64,000 nt of DNA from Camelus ferus. Lineage: Eukaryota. The notes under the pieces were generated by a model, which saw only the letters and a list, made by a program, of their open reading frames with translations, ran no database searches and was not told where the DNA came from. Location of the stretch: the NCBI RefSeq assembly GCF_009834535.1, contig NC_045697.1, forward strand, positions 43,092,001 through 43,156,000, given 5' to 3'. Position 1 is the first letter of the stretch. Every line of letters begins with the position of its first letter. Positions 25,895-38,229 of this stretch are shown piece after piece. The position numbers were made by a program, and so were the translations under genes.

Positions 25895-26347
25895 AGTTTA
25901 TGTGATAGTTGGGATTATTATTCAGGAGATATTCAATCCTCTCTCCTCCCATGTGTATAGAATAGTTATAGAAAGTTCCCAGAACTTCCCTATCAGTATT
26001 GGGCTTGGCCACGTGCTGTGCTTTGGATAATGGAATATTAGTGGTTGTGATACAGTCAAAAGCTTGGGATGTGCTTGTGTGATGGGCTTGCCATCTTCCT
26101 CCTCTGCCACCATGGTGAAAAGGGCTTCTCCTGAGTATCTGGGGTTCAGAGGCCCCCCTGCAGAGTAGACCTGAGCCCAAGCCACAGTGAGGGGCCACGT
26201 CAGCATGTCCGGCAGCTTGAATCAGTCACCCAGCCCAGATCAGCTGACCTTCAGCTGACCTATAGAGGTATGAACAAAAATAAGTAATTGTGGTTTTAAG
26301 CCACTGAATCTTGGGGCAGTTGGTTATATAGCATAGCTATCTAATAC
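25895..26347 (+). mobile_element. MLT1-type MaLR LTR
   Basis: Ends ttttaagccactgaatcttggggcagttggttatatagcatagctatctaataca. Confidence 0.75.
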
Positions 26348-27407
26348 AGCTTGTGAGTATGCACTTTCAAATACTATAGGTAAACATTCAAGAGTTAACT
26401 TGGAGTGAAATATTTCTTAAAAGCATTATCTCATAAAACACTATTATTCAGTTGATATGTAAAGGCTAGTTATTGAAGTAAGAGTGTTAGAATAATTAAC
26501 AATGATTATGAAAGCTGTTGACTTTTTGTACAGAAATCTTTTTTAGAACTTTCAACTATTTAAATAAAGAAACTATTGCATTATGTGTTTTAATAGAGAG
26601 TTTCTTAGTGAGATAATTTTAGAAAAAAAATACTCTCTGATCCAACAAATATTTATAAAAGTTAAAATAACAGTATAAGGCCAAATAATAGAGATTAGAT
26701 TAAATCATAATTCCAGTCTTTACTTCTCCAGTAAAGTTGTTTGATGTACTGGAATTTTGCATGTTAAACAAATAACCATTAAGAACTGATTTAAGTTCTA
26801 ACTACTTAATTCCAGAGAAGTATCTAGATAAGCGAGTGTGGTAACCTTAGAATGGCTTGAGCTTTGGGAAAGAAGATTTCTCTGAAATTTCACAAGACAT
26901 TTGTTTTTAGCATCATCATCTTTATCAGCGCATCTTCATTATCACTGAATCAGTCAGGATAATTTGGCTGATACTTTGGTTGAAACTAATGGGAACAGAT
27001 TGCCTGCTTAAGTAAAGAGAGTATTTATTGGAAGAATATTGAACAGCTGGCAGGCTGAAGAGGCGATCTCGATCCAGGTGTGAAAGGAGCTCTGGCAATT
27101 CAAGGTGGGAGGCAGAGGTCTAGGAAGAGGGCATTCTCCAATAGTCTTCCCAGGGTGCTTCTCGTACAATGGCTTAGCTCAAACCATTTTCTGTCTTATT
27201 AGTACTTTGTTTAAGATTCAAATTCCAGGGGCTGAACAACTGAATAGCCTACCCAGGAAAGGATAGAGAACCACTGGGGATCACTGGGGAACTATCTTTC
27301 CACCTAAGATACCAGGAAGTCACTACCAGAACGGGTGGAATGGATCCTCGTCAGCAGAAGGGTACCACTTCACCATTACATTTATTATTGTTATGAATAC
27401 TACTCGC

Positions 27408-27826
27408 CATGATCGTCTTTGTCCTCAATTGCTAGAAGGTTGAAGGAGATCAATGCCTGAGACCTAGCTCTAAAGTGTCCTATGAGCACTCAGGGCTAAG
27501 ATGGAATTTATGGCTGTGCATGAGTCGAATAGTGAGAAGTCCCTGGACAGAAGTAGAGATATTTCAGAAATGGACCAGTTTGGATTCCTGTTCATGTGTG
27601 ACGAGACATGGAAAACTAGGACTGTCTTTCCTAATAGAGAACAATCGGTCAGTATACATTCCTGGGTTTCTCCAAAGGGTTTTGTGGCTTCCTCTGGGAT
27701 CTCTGCCAACAAGATGAGAAGAGTCTCTTTTTTTTTCCTTGTTAAATGAGGTCTGTTTCACCAAACATTTTACCTTGTTCCTAGCCAGTGTCTCCATATT
27801 AGTTTCTTATTCCTTCTTTGCAGTAC
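27408..27826 (-). pseudogene. Two fossil exons (27774-27826, 53 nt; ~27408-27702) with a 71-nt intron
   Basis: ttttacag|GT...GIR..GDT G*EQ G|gtaaaa (close to the 54-nt collagen module); next exon (G)IP (G)EA, (G)NP GMY .DR .FS .RK (G)SP (G)FP (G)LV. Confidence 0.8.
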
Positions 27827-27849
27827 CTGTAAAAATCACTTCAATTTTC

Positions 27850-28300
27850 TGATCTTTGTTGTCATTTACTTAGGCAGTCAGTGAGTTTGCCCCAGGCACT
27901 TTGAATATGGCTATAGAAAAGACAGGACAAAAGAGATGCCCATCCTTTGAAGCTTAATAAGGAAAACATATTAAACAAATACGATGCGAATTATCACAGT
28001 TTTGATTAAAGTGCCATGAAGGAGACAGGCAGGGTGTGATGACAGTGTATACACAGTGCGAGCCTAACTTAAACATGGAGGGCCAGGGAAGACTTCATCA
28101 GGGCTGGGGGTCAAGGTGAGACGTTAAGGTTGCGTAGGAGTTAGCTGGGTTGAGAGGGTGGGTGAAGGCAGTAGAGGAGTCGGGGACAGGAACAAGTACT
28201 GAGCACCAGGAGGCGGGAAGAGGCTCAGCCCTCTGGAGAAATCTTAAGAAGACCAGGGTTCCTGGATTACAGTGAGTGGAAGAGATTGTTGAGAAAGGGG
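27850..28300 (-). mobile_element. L2 fragment
   Basis: ccaggcact...ggccagggaagacttc...aggagttagctggg. Confidence 0.65.
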
Positions 28301-28578
28301 GTTTCCTTTCCTTTGTCCCATGATGGAGACAACGGCTTTCAGTATTTGAAGGTGTTTCAGCTTACCAAGTCTGCCAGTGTTGACACCTCTTAGGAAGAGG
28401 GTAGAGGGAGCGAAGAGAAGTATTAAAAGAAGGGAATGCTGGTTAGTTGTGGTGCGTCTCCATAAGGGCGTTGGAAACCACCATTCTGCCTGCCTCCTTC
28501 CAACTCAGTGTTCCTCCTCTTAAGTTTCGGTGACTAATCAGAGATGCAGATATCATCCAGTGTTGGCGCTGTCCTCAC

Positions 28579-28620
28579 CCTTTCAAAAGCCATTTGAAGA
28601 CGGGTCTTTTTTTTTTTTCT
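28579..28620 (-). pseudogene. Small fossil exon (42 nt)
   Basis: ttcaacag|AG A12 GACCCGTCTTCAAATGGCTTTTGAAAGG|gtgagg. Confidence 0.45.
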
Positions 28621-29208
28621 CTGTTGAATGCTTAGAAAATTTTCAGTAAAACAAGTCAGTCCAAGCGGGGAACGCCATGAGTGAGCATAGTTCTTCTGGC
28701 CCAGGGTTTCCAGTTCAGCGGGCCAACTCTCACTTGTCATATTGAATCCTTTATTACAACAAAATATTATTTTAAAGCTGCACTAACAGTAATTAGAAGC
28801 AATTGAGTTTTATCAACTAACACAAACTGTGGGATTTCGAACTTGGATTTTAGCTGGTATTTTAATGAAGTGTGTGTTAACAACCCCAAATCTTCTGTCA
28901 GCCCAGCAGCTGAGTTGCATATACAGACCTCGGGTGGAGGGACCATGTGTTAACACTCAGAGGCGTCAGGCTCCGCGCTGGCTCCGCGCACCCGCGCTTC
29001 ACAGAGCCCTCTCTCCGGCCCGTTTTATTTTCTCCCTCTCCTCATGAATATTCTGATAGTCCTCACACTGGTTCCTATACAACTTTGGAATTAAAGTAAT
29101 TGTTCCCATGCTCACATTTTGATAATAGATATTTAGAGAGGAGTGATGATGACTTAAAATTTCTGTGTTCAACTGTCTCATTCAGCCTGAGATGCTAAAA
29201 GGACTCAC

Positions 29209-29686
29209 GCTCCAGAATATTAGAACTTATTTAATAAGAGGTAGGAGGTTGAGAAAAGAAGAGAAAGGAGAAGGATGCTTCCTGATTTGAGAGGAACATT
29301 TTCAGTGGAATATATGTCTGGAGGAAGAAGAGTGGCTTCTCTTTTTTAAAGAGAACCCTCTAAATCTTGGCCAAAAGTCTTTTCCATTGGACATTTTCAA
29401 AGCATATCCAGATTTACTCAAAAAGCTCACACAATCAAAGCCAGGGTTGTACGAATCACCATGGCAGAGCGGAGCCTTTTAAGACATGACAGGAACACTC
29501 CTCCTGGGACAAAACCTAGACCAGAGAAAAGTGGATCTAATTTTTGTAAACGGATTTTACCTAATCAGCATACAATTCAGATAAAAGCTAGTAGTTTTAA
29601 CTTTGTATCAACTCTTCCTATTCTGACCAATGCCAGAAAATGTACAGAGTTAGTAGACGCCATTTGCCTAAAGAAGATAATACAGT
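29209..29686 (-). pseudogene. Fossil collagen exon, 3' part (5' part lies beyond the ERVL insertion)
   Basis: GKI (G)LQ, FS GLG .VP GGV .LS (G)LK (G)LR, GDS .NP GFD (G)VS, (G)KS GYA, WP (G)FR GFS; donor gtgagt at 29208. Confidence 0.75.
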
Positions 29687-31555
29687 TGTCCACTTTATGT
29701 TGGGTTTTATCCCAGAGAGGGAAACTGCCCAGGGCTTCTCTGATGCCCATGGGAAGCTGCTCACCCTTGTGCTTACACAGCTTGCAAGTGTAAGGGTGTT
29801 AATACCTATGGGGCCTCCCTTGACCAACAAGGAATGGGATTCGACGGATACATGCTCCCCCATTTCATATCTGGGCTGACAGACTGGAGACACATTTTAT
29901 GATTCCTCAGATGGTCCCATGGACTTGAGAACAGGTAGCCTTTCTTGCTGTGGCCAATACAATAATACATCGTTGGGTGGATTTTTCTTCCTTCCCTGTC
30001 CACTCACCCTAACACACCTGATCCCTGGAGTTACATTCTTAATAAATTACCTGTCTCAGGCTCTCCTTGCAGGGGACCTCAGGCTGAGACAGTTGGTACC
30101 AGGAGAGTTGCCAGAATGCAGACCTTTAGGATGAGACTTTGAGCTGAATCCCTCACCTCATTGTGCAGAAACCCCTTTGCTGATGGTAAGGGAGTGGTGT
30201 AACATGTTGCAGCATCACAGGGACTAAGATGCTCACCTCCAGTGGATGGAGACGAGGTGCAGGCTGGTTTAGGCGGTGGCAGTCGAGTGTTAGATGGGCT
30301 GTGGTAACCATGAGGACTGTAGTTAGTTGGCATTTGTTAAATCCTTTAAAAGCCCTGAAAAGAAAATAACAGATATGATATGGAAAATCAGAGGGCCTCT
30401 GTGGTGATGCTTAAGGAGACCCGTGTCTTCTTCAGCCACTGAAGATCAAGTTCAGGACCTAATTGTGAGGGTAGCTGAATGGCAGAGAACACCACGTGCA
30501 TGGTTTTCACGAGTCTTACATGACAAAATCAGGACCTTATAGTAAAAGGGCAAGAGCTTGACCTTTGACATGGGGATATTTGGGCAGGGAAGCCTGAAAA
30601 TCTTAGATCTTAGATTCTCCTGAATCCTTCAGTCTGGCAGAAGCTGCCCCTCTCTTCTTACAAGAGGAGAACAGTTTCCCTTTGCCTGGAGACCCTGCAA
30701 AGATGTCATCTGAAGCAGGTATCTCACAAGATGCCATTGCCCTGTCCGTATCTGCCCTTGTGCCCCCTCGTTGCCTCCAGACCAAAAAAGAGGGTTAGGT
30801 TTTGGCACAGCTCAAACAGGGAATGGTCTCTATTTTGTGAGGAAGTGTTTGAAACATCAAAGATCTGTATATCCTGGCTTGTGTTCATGGACAGGAACCT
30901 AAATAACATTTGTGGGAGCAGATATCTTGTGGGACCAAGGTCAGGGGAAATGGGTATAGGCGAAAGCTGGGAAGAGGAAAATGTACTGACTTAGGAGCCC
31001 TTGCCCACGACTCAAAGTTCAGGGAACTGGCAAGGACATGGGGAACTGGTCCTGCTGTGACCCTGGATGGCTCCTTGATGCTTGGACATGGTGACAAGGT
31101 GAGGACACTGGACTGCCTTAGCAGAATGTGGTAGGAGGAGGGAGTGTTAGAATGGATTGATGTGTGAGAACAGAGCCCACCACCACCCAACTCTGTTTCC
31201 ACAGAGGACACTGCCTTCACCGAGGCAGAGTGGAATTCCCTGGTCAGAGACCTGTGGCATCTCTGAGAGGCTCACTGGTAGCTTCATTTGTAGGCTACAT
31301 GAACAATACAAGATGCTACCATGAAATGAAGGCTGGTGAAAACATTTAACCACCTTAAGCATGGTTAATTATCCTATCAGGCGGTAAGGCCAGAGTGGCT
31401 GGCAGGATAGCCAAACCCAGAGGTCTGGGATGACAGCTAATAGATCATGGCAGGTAACCTGTTAGATGCCCGGGTATCAGTGGACTTGTGTAATTGAAGC
31501 TAATTGGTAAGTGGTGATCAAAATCCTGGCATCAGCCATGACAGTGGAAAGTTGC
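29687..31555 (+). mobile_element. ERVL remnant: LTR16-like 5' LTR (29687-30091), PBS and decayed gag-region interior
   Basis: LTR end aataaattacctgtctcaggctctcc...ctgagaca followed by tRNA-Leu-type PBS tggtaccaggag (30094-30105). Confidence 0.75.
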
Positions 31556-31720
31556 AGACACCATTCCAAGACCATGGGCCGTGGACATTTACACTCTGGG
31601 AGGTCTCTTGGCAGCCAGCTGTCTTTCCTTTAGAAACATCCCATCTGCAGCTTTTTCCCTTTAAAAGTTGAAAATCATGAAGAGGGATGAGTTTCTTGGG
31701 CTCTAACAGCTTACTCAGAT
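31555..31720 (-). pseudogene. Fossil collagen segment abutting the ERVL
   Basis: ORF 31518..31769: (G)PK .LI .LH (G)FQ .LK GKS (G)RW, SK GKT, GCQ (G)TS, VH GPW .WN GV. Confidence 0.75.
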
Positions 31721-32029
31721 CCAGTACAGGCTTTAACTCAGGTTGAAAAGTGAACAGCGTCAACCTCACCTGGGAGTTTAATAGAAATGCAGAGTCATCA
31801 TTTTAACAAGATCCTCTAGATTATTCAATTGAGAAGTATTGACTTTGGGAGGGTGTGGGGAGAGGGGAGAGAGAGGAAGAGGAGAAGGGAAGCCAAGAGA
31901 TCTGCTTCAGCCACTGTGTGGTGTGGGTGTGAGATGACGGTGGAGCAGAGTTAAAATAAACACTGGGGAGATGCTGTAGGTGTGTATCTGAATGGTTTGG
32001 AACAAGGAATTAAAATGACCCAGACAGCA

Positions 32030-32870
32030 AAAGGTATAGGCAGAAATTTCCCCAAGTCACACAAAAAAGAAAGAAAATATGAATGCCTTGAAAAACATTG
32101 AAAAAAAATTTTAATTAAAGGAACCCCAAATTTAATGAGATATATTTTAACCTATCAAAATTTTTTTAATTGATTCTCAATGTAACCGCTCATACATCAC
32201 TGATGAGGTATAAATTGTTATACACATACATAGAAAACTTTTATTGTCTGTATTAAGATCATGTGAATGTTCAGATATTATGTCCTTAATTTCATATCCA
32301 GGAATATTTCCTAAGGCAATTATCTGAAATGTGAACAAGAATTCTTATGTACAAGTTATCATCATTGGTGACTTTTACAGAGTGCTTACTATATACGAGG
32401 CAATGTACTAAACTCTTTACACAGTGTATTTAATTCAATGTTCACAGCAACATAATGCTATAGGTATTTTTTTTTATTATATCCATTAACAAATAATGAA
32501 ATTGAGGCCCAGAGGTTAATTAATTTCCCAAATTTACAAAGCTAGCAAGACATACAGGTTATCATGTCTCTTTAAGACATTAAAAAGATTGTGGTCATCA
32601 GAGTGGAATATTATGCAGCTGTTTAAAATAACAATTACAAAGAGCTTTGATGTAAGGCTATGTAAAAAAATATGGAATAGTACATTTTTGAATATGTAAA
32701 AAATGCAAAGGAAAAGTACTGCACGGACTATATTACACATTATTACAGAGTTATTCTAGGTGGTGGGATTTGAGTGATTATTTTCTGATCTTTGTTGATC
32801 TTTCTCTACATTTTTTTTTTTTTTTTTTGCTACAAGCTTGCATTATTTTCACAAGGGAAAAAACTTTTTA
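32030..32870 (+). mobile_element. Old L1M fragment with nested MIR (~32370-32560)
   Basis: Decayed L1 3' motifs; MIR core aatgaaattgaggcccagaggttaa. Confidence 0.6.
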
Positions 32871-32879
32871 AATGTCTAG

Positions 32880-33095
32880 TAGACATGATTGTGCTTTTTC
32901 CTCCTTTATTCATCTAAAAGATGGGGCTACAGTTTGGAGGTTATAGTAAGCCAGCATGTCACAACTCATGAGGGAGATGTGTGGATTATTGAATCCATAT
33001 CCTTAACCACTATTGATGAAACTAACCGCGGCCCATGCTGTCAGGGTGGTGGGTTGTTCAGGATGTGGAGCTGCTTCTCTGTTCACTGTTACCAA
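32880..33095 (-). pseudogene. Probable fossil collagen segment
   Basis: (G)EQ (G)SS, HP (G)QP, PP (G)QH GPR, K GGK. Confidence 0.55.
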
Positions 33096-33354
33096 CCATT
33101 AAAGGTTTGATATATAGATAGATATTGACCTAGGTATAGATATATAGATACAGCCAGATTTATATGGACATACATAGATGCATATACTCTATATGCGTAT
33201 GTATATACATATACATATGCTATACACATTGTCATTATTGATAACTTATTGTGTGCTTTCTGTCTACCAGGCAATGTGCTAAACTCTCTTTCTTTGAAAT
33301 TACTAATGTCAGTCTGACCTCACTGATTTTTCAAAATCTGTTTTTACATTTTGT

Positions 33355-33608
33355 CCCTTTCCTTCCTTCCTTCCTTCCTTCCTTCCTTTCTTCCTTCCTT
33401 CCTTCTTTCTCTCTTTCCTTCTTTCTCTCTCTTTCTTTTCTTTTTCTTCTCTTTCTTCTCTCTCTCTAGAGAGGAGAGAAGGAGAGAAGGAGGGAGAGAG
33501 GAAGAGAGGAAGAGGAAGAAAAGGGGAAGGAGGGAGGAGCGAGGGAGAGAGGAAAGGGGAAGGAGGAGGGAGGGAGGGACTTTCTTTCTTTCTTTCTTTC
33601 TTTTCTTT

Positions 33609-33640
<32 letters not shown>

Positions 33641-33675
33641 TTTCTTTCTTCTTTCTTTCTTTCTTTCTTTCTCTA
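33355..33675. repeat. Compound (CCTT/CT)n-(GA/GGA)n-(TTTC)n microsatellite
   Basis: Directly visible pyrimidine-purine-pyrimidine blocks. Confidence 0.95.
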
Positions 33676-33949
33676 CTTGCCTGCCTACCTTTCATTCAAC
33701 CAGTAAAATTCTCTCATACAAAAAACTTCTACTCATCAAATTCTATTACTCAGCTAAAACACAACTTGAGAACATTCTGTCAGATAAAGAGCCTTTAGAG
33801 AAAAAAAACTGACTGAAACAAAGATTTAGAACAAAAGCGTTATGAACACAATCTGTTGGATTTCAGCACCATCACAAAATATATTATTTAAGTAGGATGC
33901 CTTTTATTTTGCTTTTCCCCAGTAAAATTATCATGGCCTTTCACAGAGC

Positions 33950-34979
33950 ACTTCAGAGGCTGTTAACTTCTCCCTCATTTACACACAGCTTCTCTCTCTT
34001 TCTGTCGTATTTTGCATCACTTAACCCAGTGGAGTGTTTTTAGACAAAGGCTGCAGGGAAGCTGGGGCCCACTTTGTGGCTCTGTGGCATTCATGGTCTG
34101 TGTTGTTTTTGAAGACCATCTGCCTGTCATTTGTTTGCTGATTGAGTTAGTGCACCTAATAATATTTTTTTTATTGGGCTGTGCTAGCCGATGTAAAGGA
34201 AATTATACACTCAACAGATGGGTCACAAACCTTTCTACCTTAGTGCAGCTACTCCTCGAGTTAGTTAGAAGCAGTCACGAAAGCAGATTATAAACAGAAT
34301 AATAGCCTTTTTATACATGGTTTTCACAGTGGCTACTGGCTGTGGTGCCAAACATGATGGTATTAGGGTTTCCCCTCTTTGTCGTGTAGATTTTCCCTGT
34401 AAGAACACTTTGAGTAATGAGCAGTGTGAAAGTGAAGAGAGGAAAACCAGCCGATGATCATGAGGACCAGAATATGGGAGACCGTATACGCTGGGGTAGC
34501 CGGCATCACATTAGCTCCATATCCCTTGCGTTATTTGGAAACAAACCTCAGCAAGAGCTGGAGGGGCTTGGTCCTCTCTCTCTAGGCTTTACTTTGTGGG
34601 TGGAGAAGGTAGGGGCAGCAAAGTCTACCACAAAAGAAACCCCAAATAGCCTTACTGTGTACAGGTAGAACAGTGGAAACAGGGTCGTCAAAACTGGACA
34701 TCATGTAACTGAACAGCAAGACCCAAATCTCCTTGGCTTGACACTAGTCCTTCCTCAGATAACTTCCTGTCTGTGGAAATGCTTCCTCCTAACCTTACCT
34801 CATGAGAATTCACCTCACCTTAAAGAAGAAGAGAACCTCCATGTTTAGGATGCTGTTAAGTCAATTGGAAGTATGTTCAAAGAGCATGAGAGCAAATCTT
34901 TTCTGGAAGAACCATGATGCAAAGGATTGTTTCACTTACCTCTGAACAATGAAGCTGCGTCTCCCCCCAGGAACATAAA
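33950..34979 (-). pseudogene. Fossil collagen exons (40-nt exon 34940-34979; large exon ~33950-34850)
   Basis: Donor GAG|gtaagt at 34939; 34475-34510 = (G)DA GYP (G)VY GLP; also SQ GDL GLA (G)QL, (G)ER GPS, GPH, GFP, (G)LT GKI, QR GET; segment below 34318 less certain. Confidence 0.8.
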
Positions 34980-35494
34980 CTATAGTGACAGGCTTTTCAG
35001 TTTTGCAGGGCAGACTTAATTTGTGAACATTTGTAATAAGTGAGAAAGTCTGTATTATAAAGACCTGCTTATTCTCCTTTGGAAACAAATAGCTTCTGCT
35101 TTCTTGAGTCAAAAATAAAACAAAACAAAACAAAACAAAACCGGAGAGCGCAGTAACTGCTTTGTGAATCACTCTTGTAATTGTGCATGTGAGTTACTAG
35201 CTCATTTTCCCCCCCATAGTCTTTGGCCTTTGCATCATGCTAATTTCAAACCCCAAATAGCAGTATGCTCGCTTTGATTTTGGTGTAAGGACAGTGTGTG
35301 TATTGCTGAGGGTGGTGGGGTGGAAGTGATGGCAGTGTGGATGTGGGTGGGGGAAGATTTGGGGGAGACGGGATCACTTGGCACATGAACAGAAAGAAGG
35401 AAGAACAGGAGTTGCTGAGAACCTCCCATCATTCAAAATCAGTGATCCTTTACGTCTCTCCACTTGATGAACATTAACAAAATATTTTAATACT

Positions 35495-36938
35495 ACTCCC
35501 TGGCTTTGTTCAGATTCTGAACCTGTGTGTTAGTGATTTTCCAGAGCTTATCTGATACTGAAGCTTTTCAGAGATTTTGTTTCTTCCTTTTGGGATTACT
35601 GAGGAATTCTGGGGAAATCGCACCATGATGGGCAACCTGTGGGGTAGAGAAGGAGAGAGTGTCACTGGGGTCAGTTTTGTGTGATTCTTGGTTACTTGCA
35701 TTCTCTGCATCTGATAGGTTTCAGTGAAACCAGATGTCTGCCCAGATGCACTTGCGCTAGAAGAGGTGCAGCCCCTCAAATTAGCCTCAGGAGGGTTCCT
35801 CCTGCCTTATGTCTTCCTGCAACCCACTGCCATTTGAATTCTTATACCTGGAGATTGGTTCTCTAGTCAGTTTTGTCTTTTGTTAAAGTGCATGGCTCTG
35901 GGAGTATTTTCACGTGTAACCCCATCAGTCCTTTGGGCCTAGAGGTGAATTCCTTTGGGGACATACCCCTGAATTTTATGAGGGGCATGTATGATTTCAT
36001 GAGCACACTGAAAGCTTAAGGAAATGGGAGCTAGCCTTAGGGAGGGGAACGAGCCGTGGCCCAAGAATGAGAAGGTGCTAAGATTGAGCAGACAACTTGA
36101 AAGCCTGCTCTCCCTTCCCATTAAGAACTGAAAGGGATTTTTTTTTAATTTGGGGGGGGGCAGTAATTAGGGTTTTATTTATTTATTTATTTTAATGGCG
36201 GTACTGGGGATTGGGCCCAGGACCTCGTACATGCTAAGCATGTGCTCCACCACTAAGCTATATCCTCCTCATGTAGACCTAAAAGGGATTTTTAACTCCA
36301 GTTCATCTTTGGGACCTATTGGCAAGTCAGCCCAAAGGAACATTTCAACCACGATCACTTTCTGAATTGGTTATGACTTTCTTTCTTCACAAAATCTGCA
36401 TCCTGACCTAGTTATACTGGCAGGTGACTCAGAGGCAGATGTGTCCAGAAAGACAGCCAAACACAATAAACTCTCCCCTCCCTTGCTGGCTTCTCTCCAG
36501 ATGTCTGCATCCCGACCAGGGCAGCTCCGGGCCACCTCCCCTTGCAGACACTCAGCAGTCACCACTGCACCAGGACGTATCAAGTTAGAGGCCCGCTCCC
36601 CTCTCCATCTCCCACCCAGCTCTCCTTTTCAGCCTCATGTTGCAGGGATTTAATTCTGAGCAGGATTTAAATAAAATCAGAATCTGTCTGGGCCGGAGGA
36701 GATGTGTTTGCTCAGAAATGGAATTCGTCATCTGGGTTACTTAGTAGTTAGCCCCATCTCCCTCCAGTGCTGGGACCCAGGAAAATTATATGCTCACTGC
36801 ACACCCTCCCAAACCATTCATGCACTTCTCAGGGTGAGACTTTGGGGGCTGTGTTGGTGGTTGGAGGGAGGAACAAAGCTCCTTTCTCCTTGCCAAATTT
36901 GATGACTAACTTTAATGCTTTTTGGCTTTGAAGCATCT
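35495..36938 (-). pseudogene. Giant fossil collagen exon (~1.3 kb excluding the inserted SINE)
   Basis: At 36437-36526, ten consecutive triplets begin AGC, GGT, GCA, TGG, GCC, GGA, AGT, TGT, GTC, GAC; also GER (G)FV, FP GSQ, PI GPK (G)EL (G)LK, GPK GLM GLH, SP GIR, GLQ (G)DI, (G)LP .MV (G)FP. Confidence 0.85.
36143..36272 (-). mobile_element. tRNA-derived SINE, camelid vic-1-like
   Basis: Minus strand ATAGCTTAGTGGTGGAGCACATGCTTAGCATGTACGAGGTCCTGGGCCCAATCCCCAGTACC + (TAAA)n + CTAATTAC + C-run + poly(A); TSD aaagggattttt at 36131-36142 and 36282-36293. Confidence 0.85.
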
Positions 36939-38229
36939 CTACATTTTAGGCAAAAAAATTTTTTTTCAAGTTTACATTAAAAATTAACAATAGCACCTAT
37001 TTTAGGTGGGGCACATTTGCTTGTAAGGAACCAAGTCCCCCACAAAAAGGCTTAAGGAAAGAAAGGATTTATTAAAAGAGTATCAGGGACTATTATAGAA
37101 GCCAAGAGCAGGGACTGGAGGCAGGGTTAAGGAGAGGTGGAAACCGTCAGGCAGCCCCTCTCTGCAGGTCTCTTACTCTGCTTTTCTCTGCCACGTCTGT
37201 TCTCCTTTCATCTCTGCAAACTTGCTTCTTTGCGGTCTTCCTATCCATAATTTATGTGATGCATTACCTTGGCTATTTTTTTTGCCTACACATTCTGGTG
37301 CACTATGACTCTGTCCTTGATTCAGCCTGTTGCCTGGTTTCTGTCAGGTAATTACTACCTATCTTTGGAATGAACGAAAGGATGAAGAAATGAACGAATG
37401 ACTTTGTATGGCCTTTCAGGGTATGTGCCTGTCATCCCCTAACTAGATTTTGAGTGTTGTACTTCAAAATCTTATGAGAGAGGATCTGATGGGCTATAGT
37501 TTGTCCTGTAAGTTTGTCTCACATTAAATGGGTTCTCTGTTCAGTTCAGAGAGTGGTTTGAGAGTGTTTACATATTTTTAAGTTCAGGTAAGAATGGATT
37601 CCCATGTTGATGGTCTTAGTATATCACCAAGTAAAAGATCAAAAAAATTTTTGACTCATGTCTTGTCTTCCCAAGAAACTAGTTAAAGTCTTTTTAAATT
37701 CAAAACGTCAAGTTTCATATTCCCTGCTTCTCTACTACTTCAGTGCACAATTTTATATTGATTTCTAGCATCTTGTAGAGCTCTTTAACTCATGTGATTT
37801 AATTTTTTTTTTTATAGCAACCTTGAGGTAAGCCTGAAAGATGTATTTTCCCCCATTTTGATGATGAAAAAAACTGAGGTTTGGATAAAATAAGCCAGTG
37901 GTTCCCAAGCTTGGGCCTTCAGCTCATGTGGAGTATAAACACATAAAAATGGAAAGTCAGGGGCATAAGCTACTTTTCATATTTCAAGAAGCCTAGTGGA
38001 AATCATCCACTTACCCACAGTCAAGCCATTAAGGTAACTGTAACATCAACTTTTGTTGCTTTATGGCTGCTTAATATGGTAATGTGGTCATCTGTAGCAG
38101 TCTGGGATATTCATTGGATTGAATATGGATTGCTTAGGAAGGAAAAAATGGGATAAAGATTGAATTTTCTACTTTGTAAATATTGGGTTGGGCAGGCCTA
38201 ATCCTTCTGAAGATCATATGATTCAAGCA

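Noticed and set aside
29431..29475. Apparent signal-peptide start exon (gccATGG, MVIRTTLALIV) on the minus strand
   Set aside because: The same bases read GDS .NP GFD (G)VS in another frame, and the collagen register continues on both sides, so it is internal collagen sequence.
33309..33812. ORFs of 128-153 aa
   Set aside because: Translations of a microsatellite.
36195..36270. Possible tRNA gene
   Set aside because: Degenerate B box, poly(A) tail and TSD identify it as a SINE.
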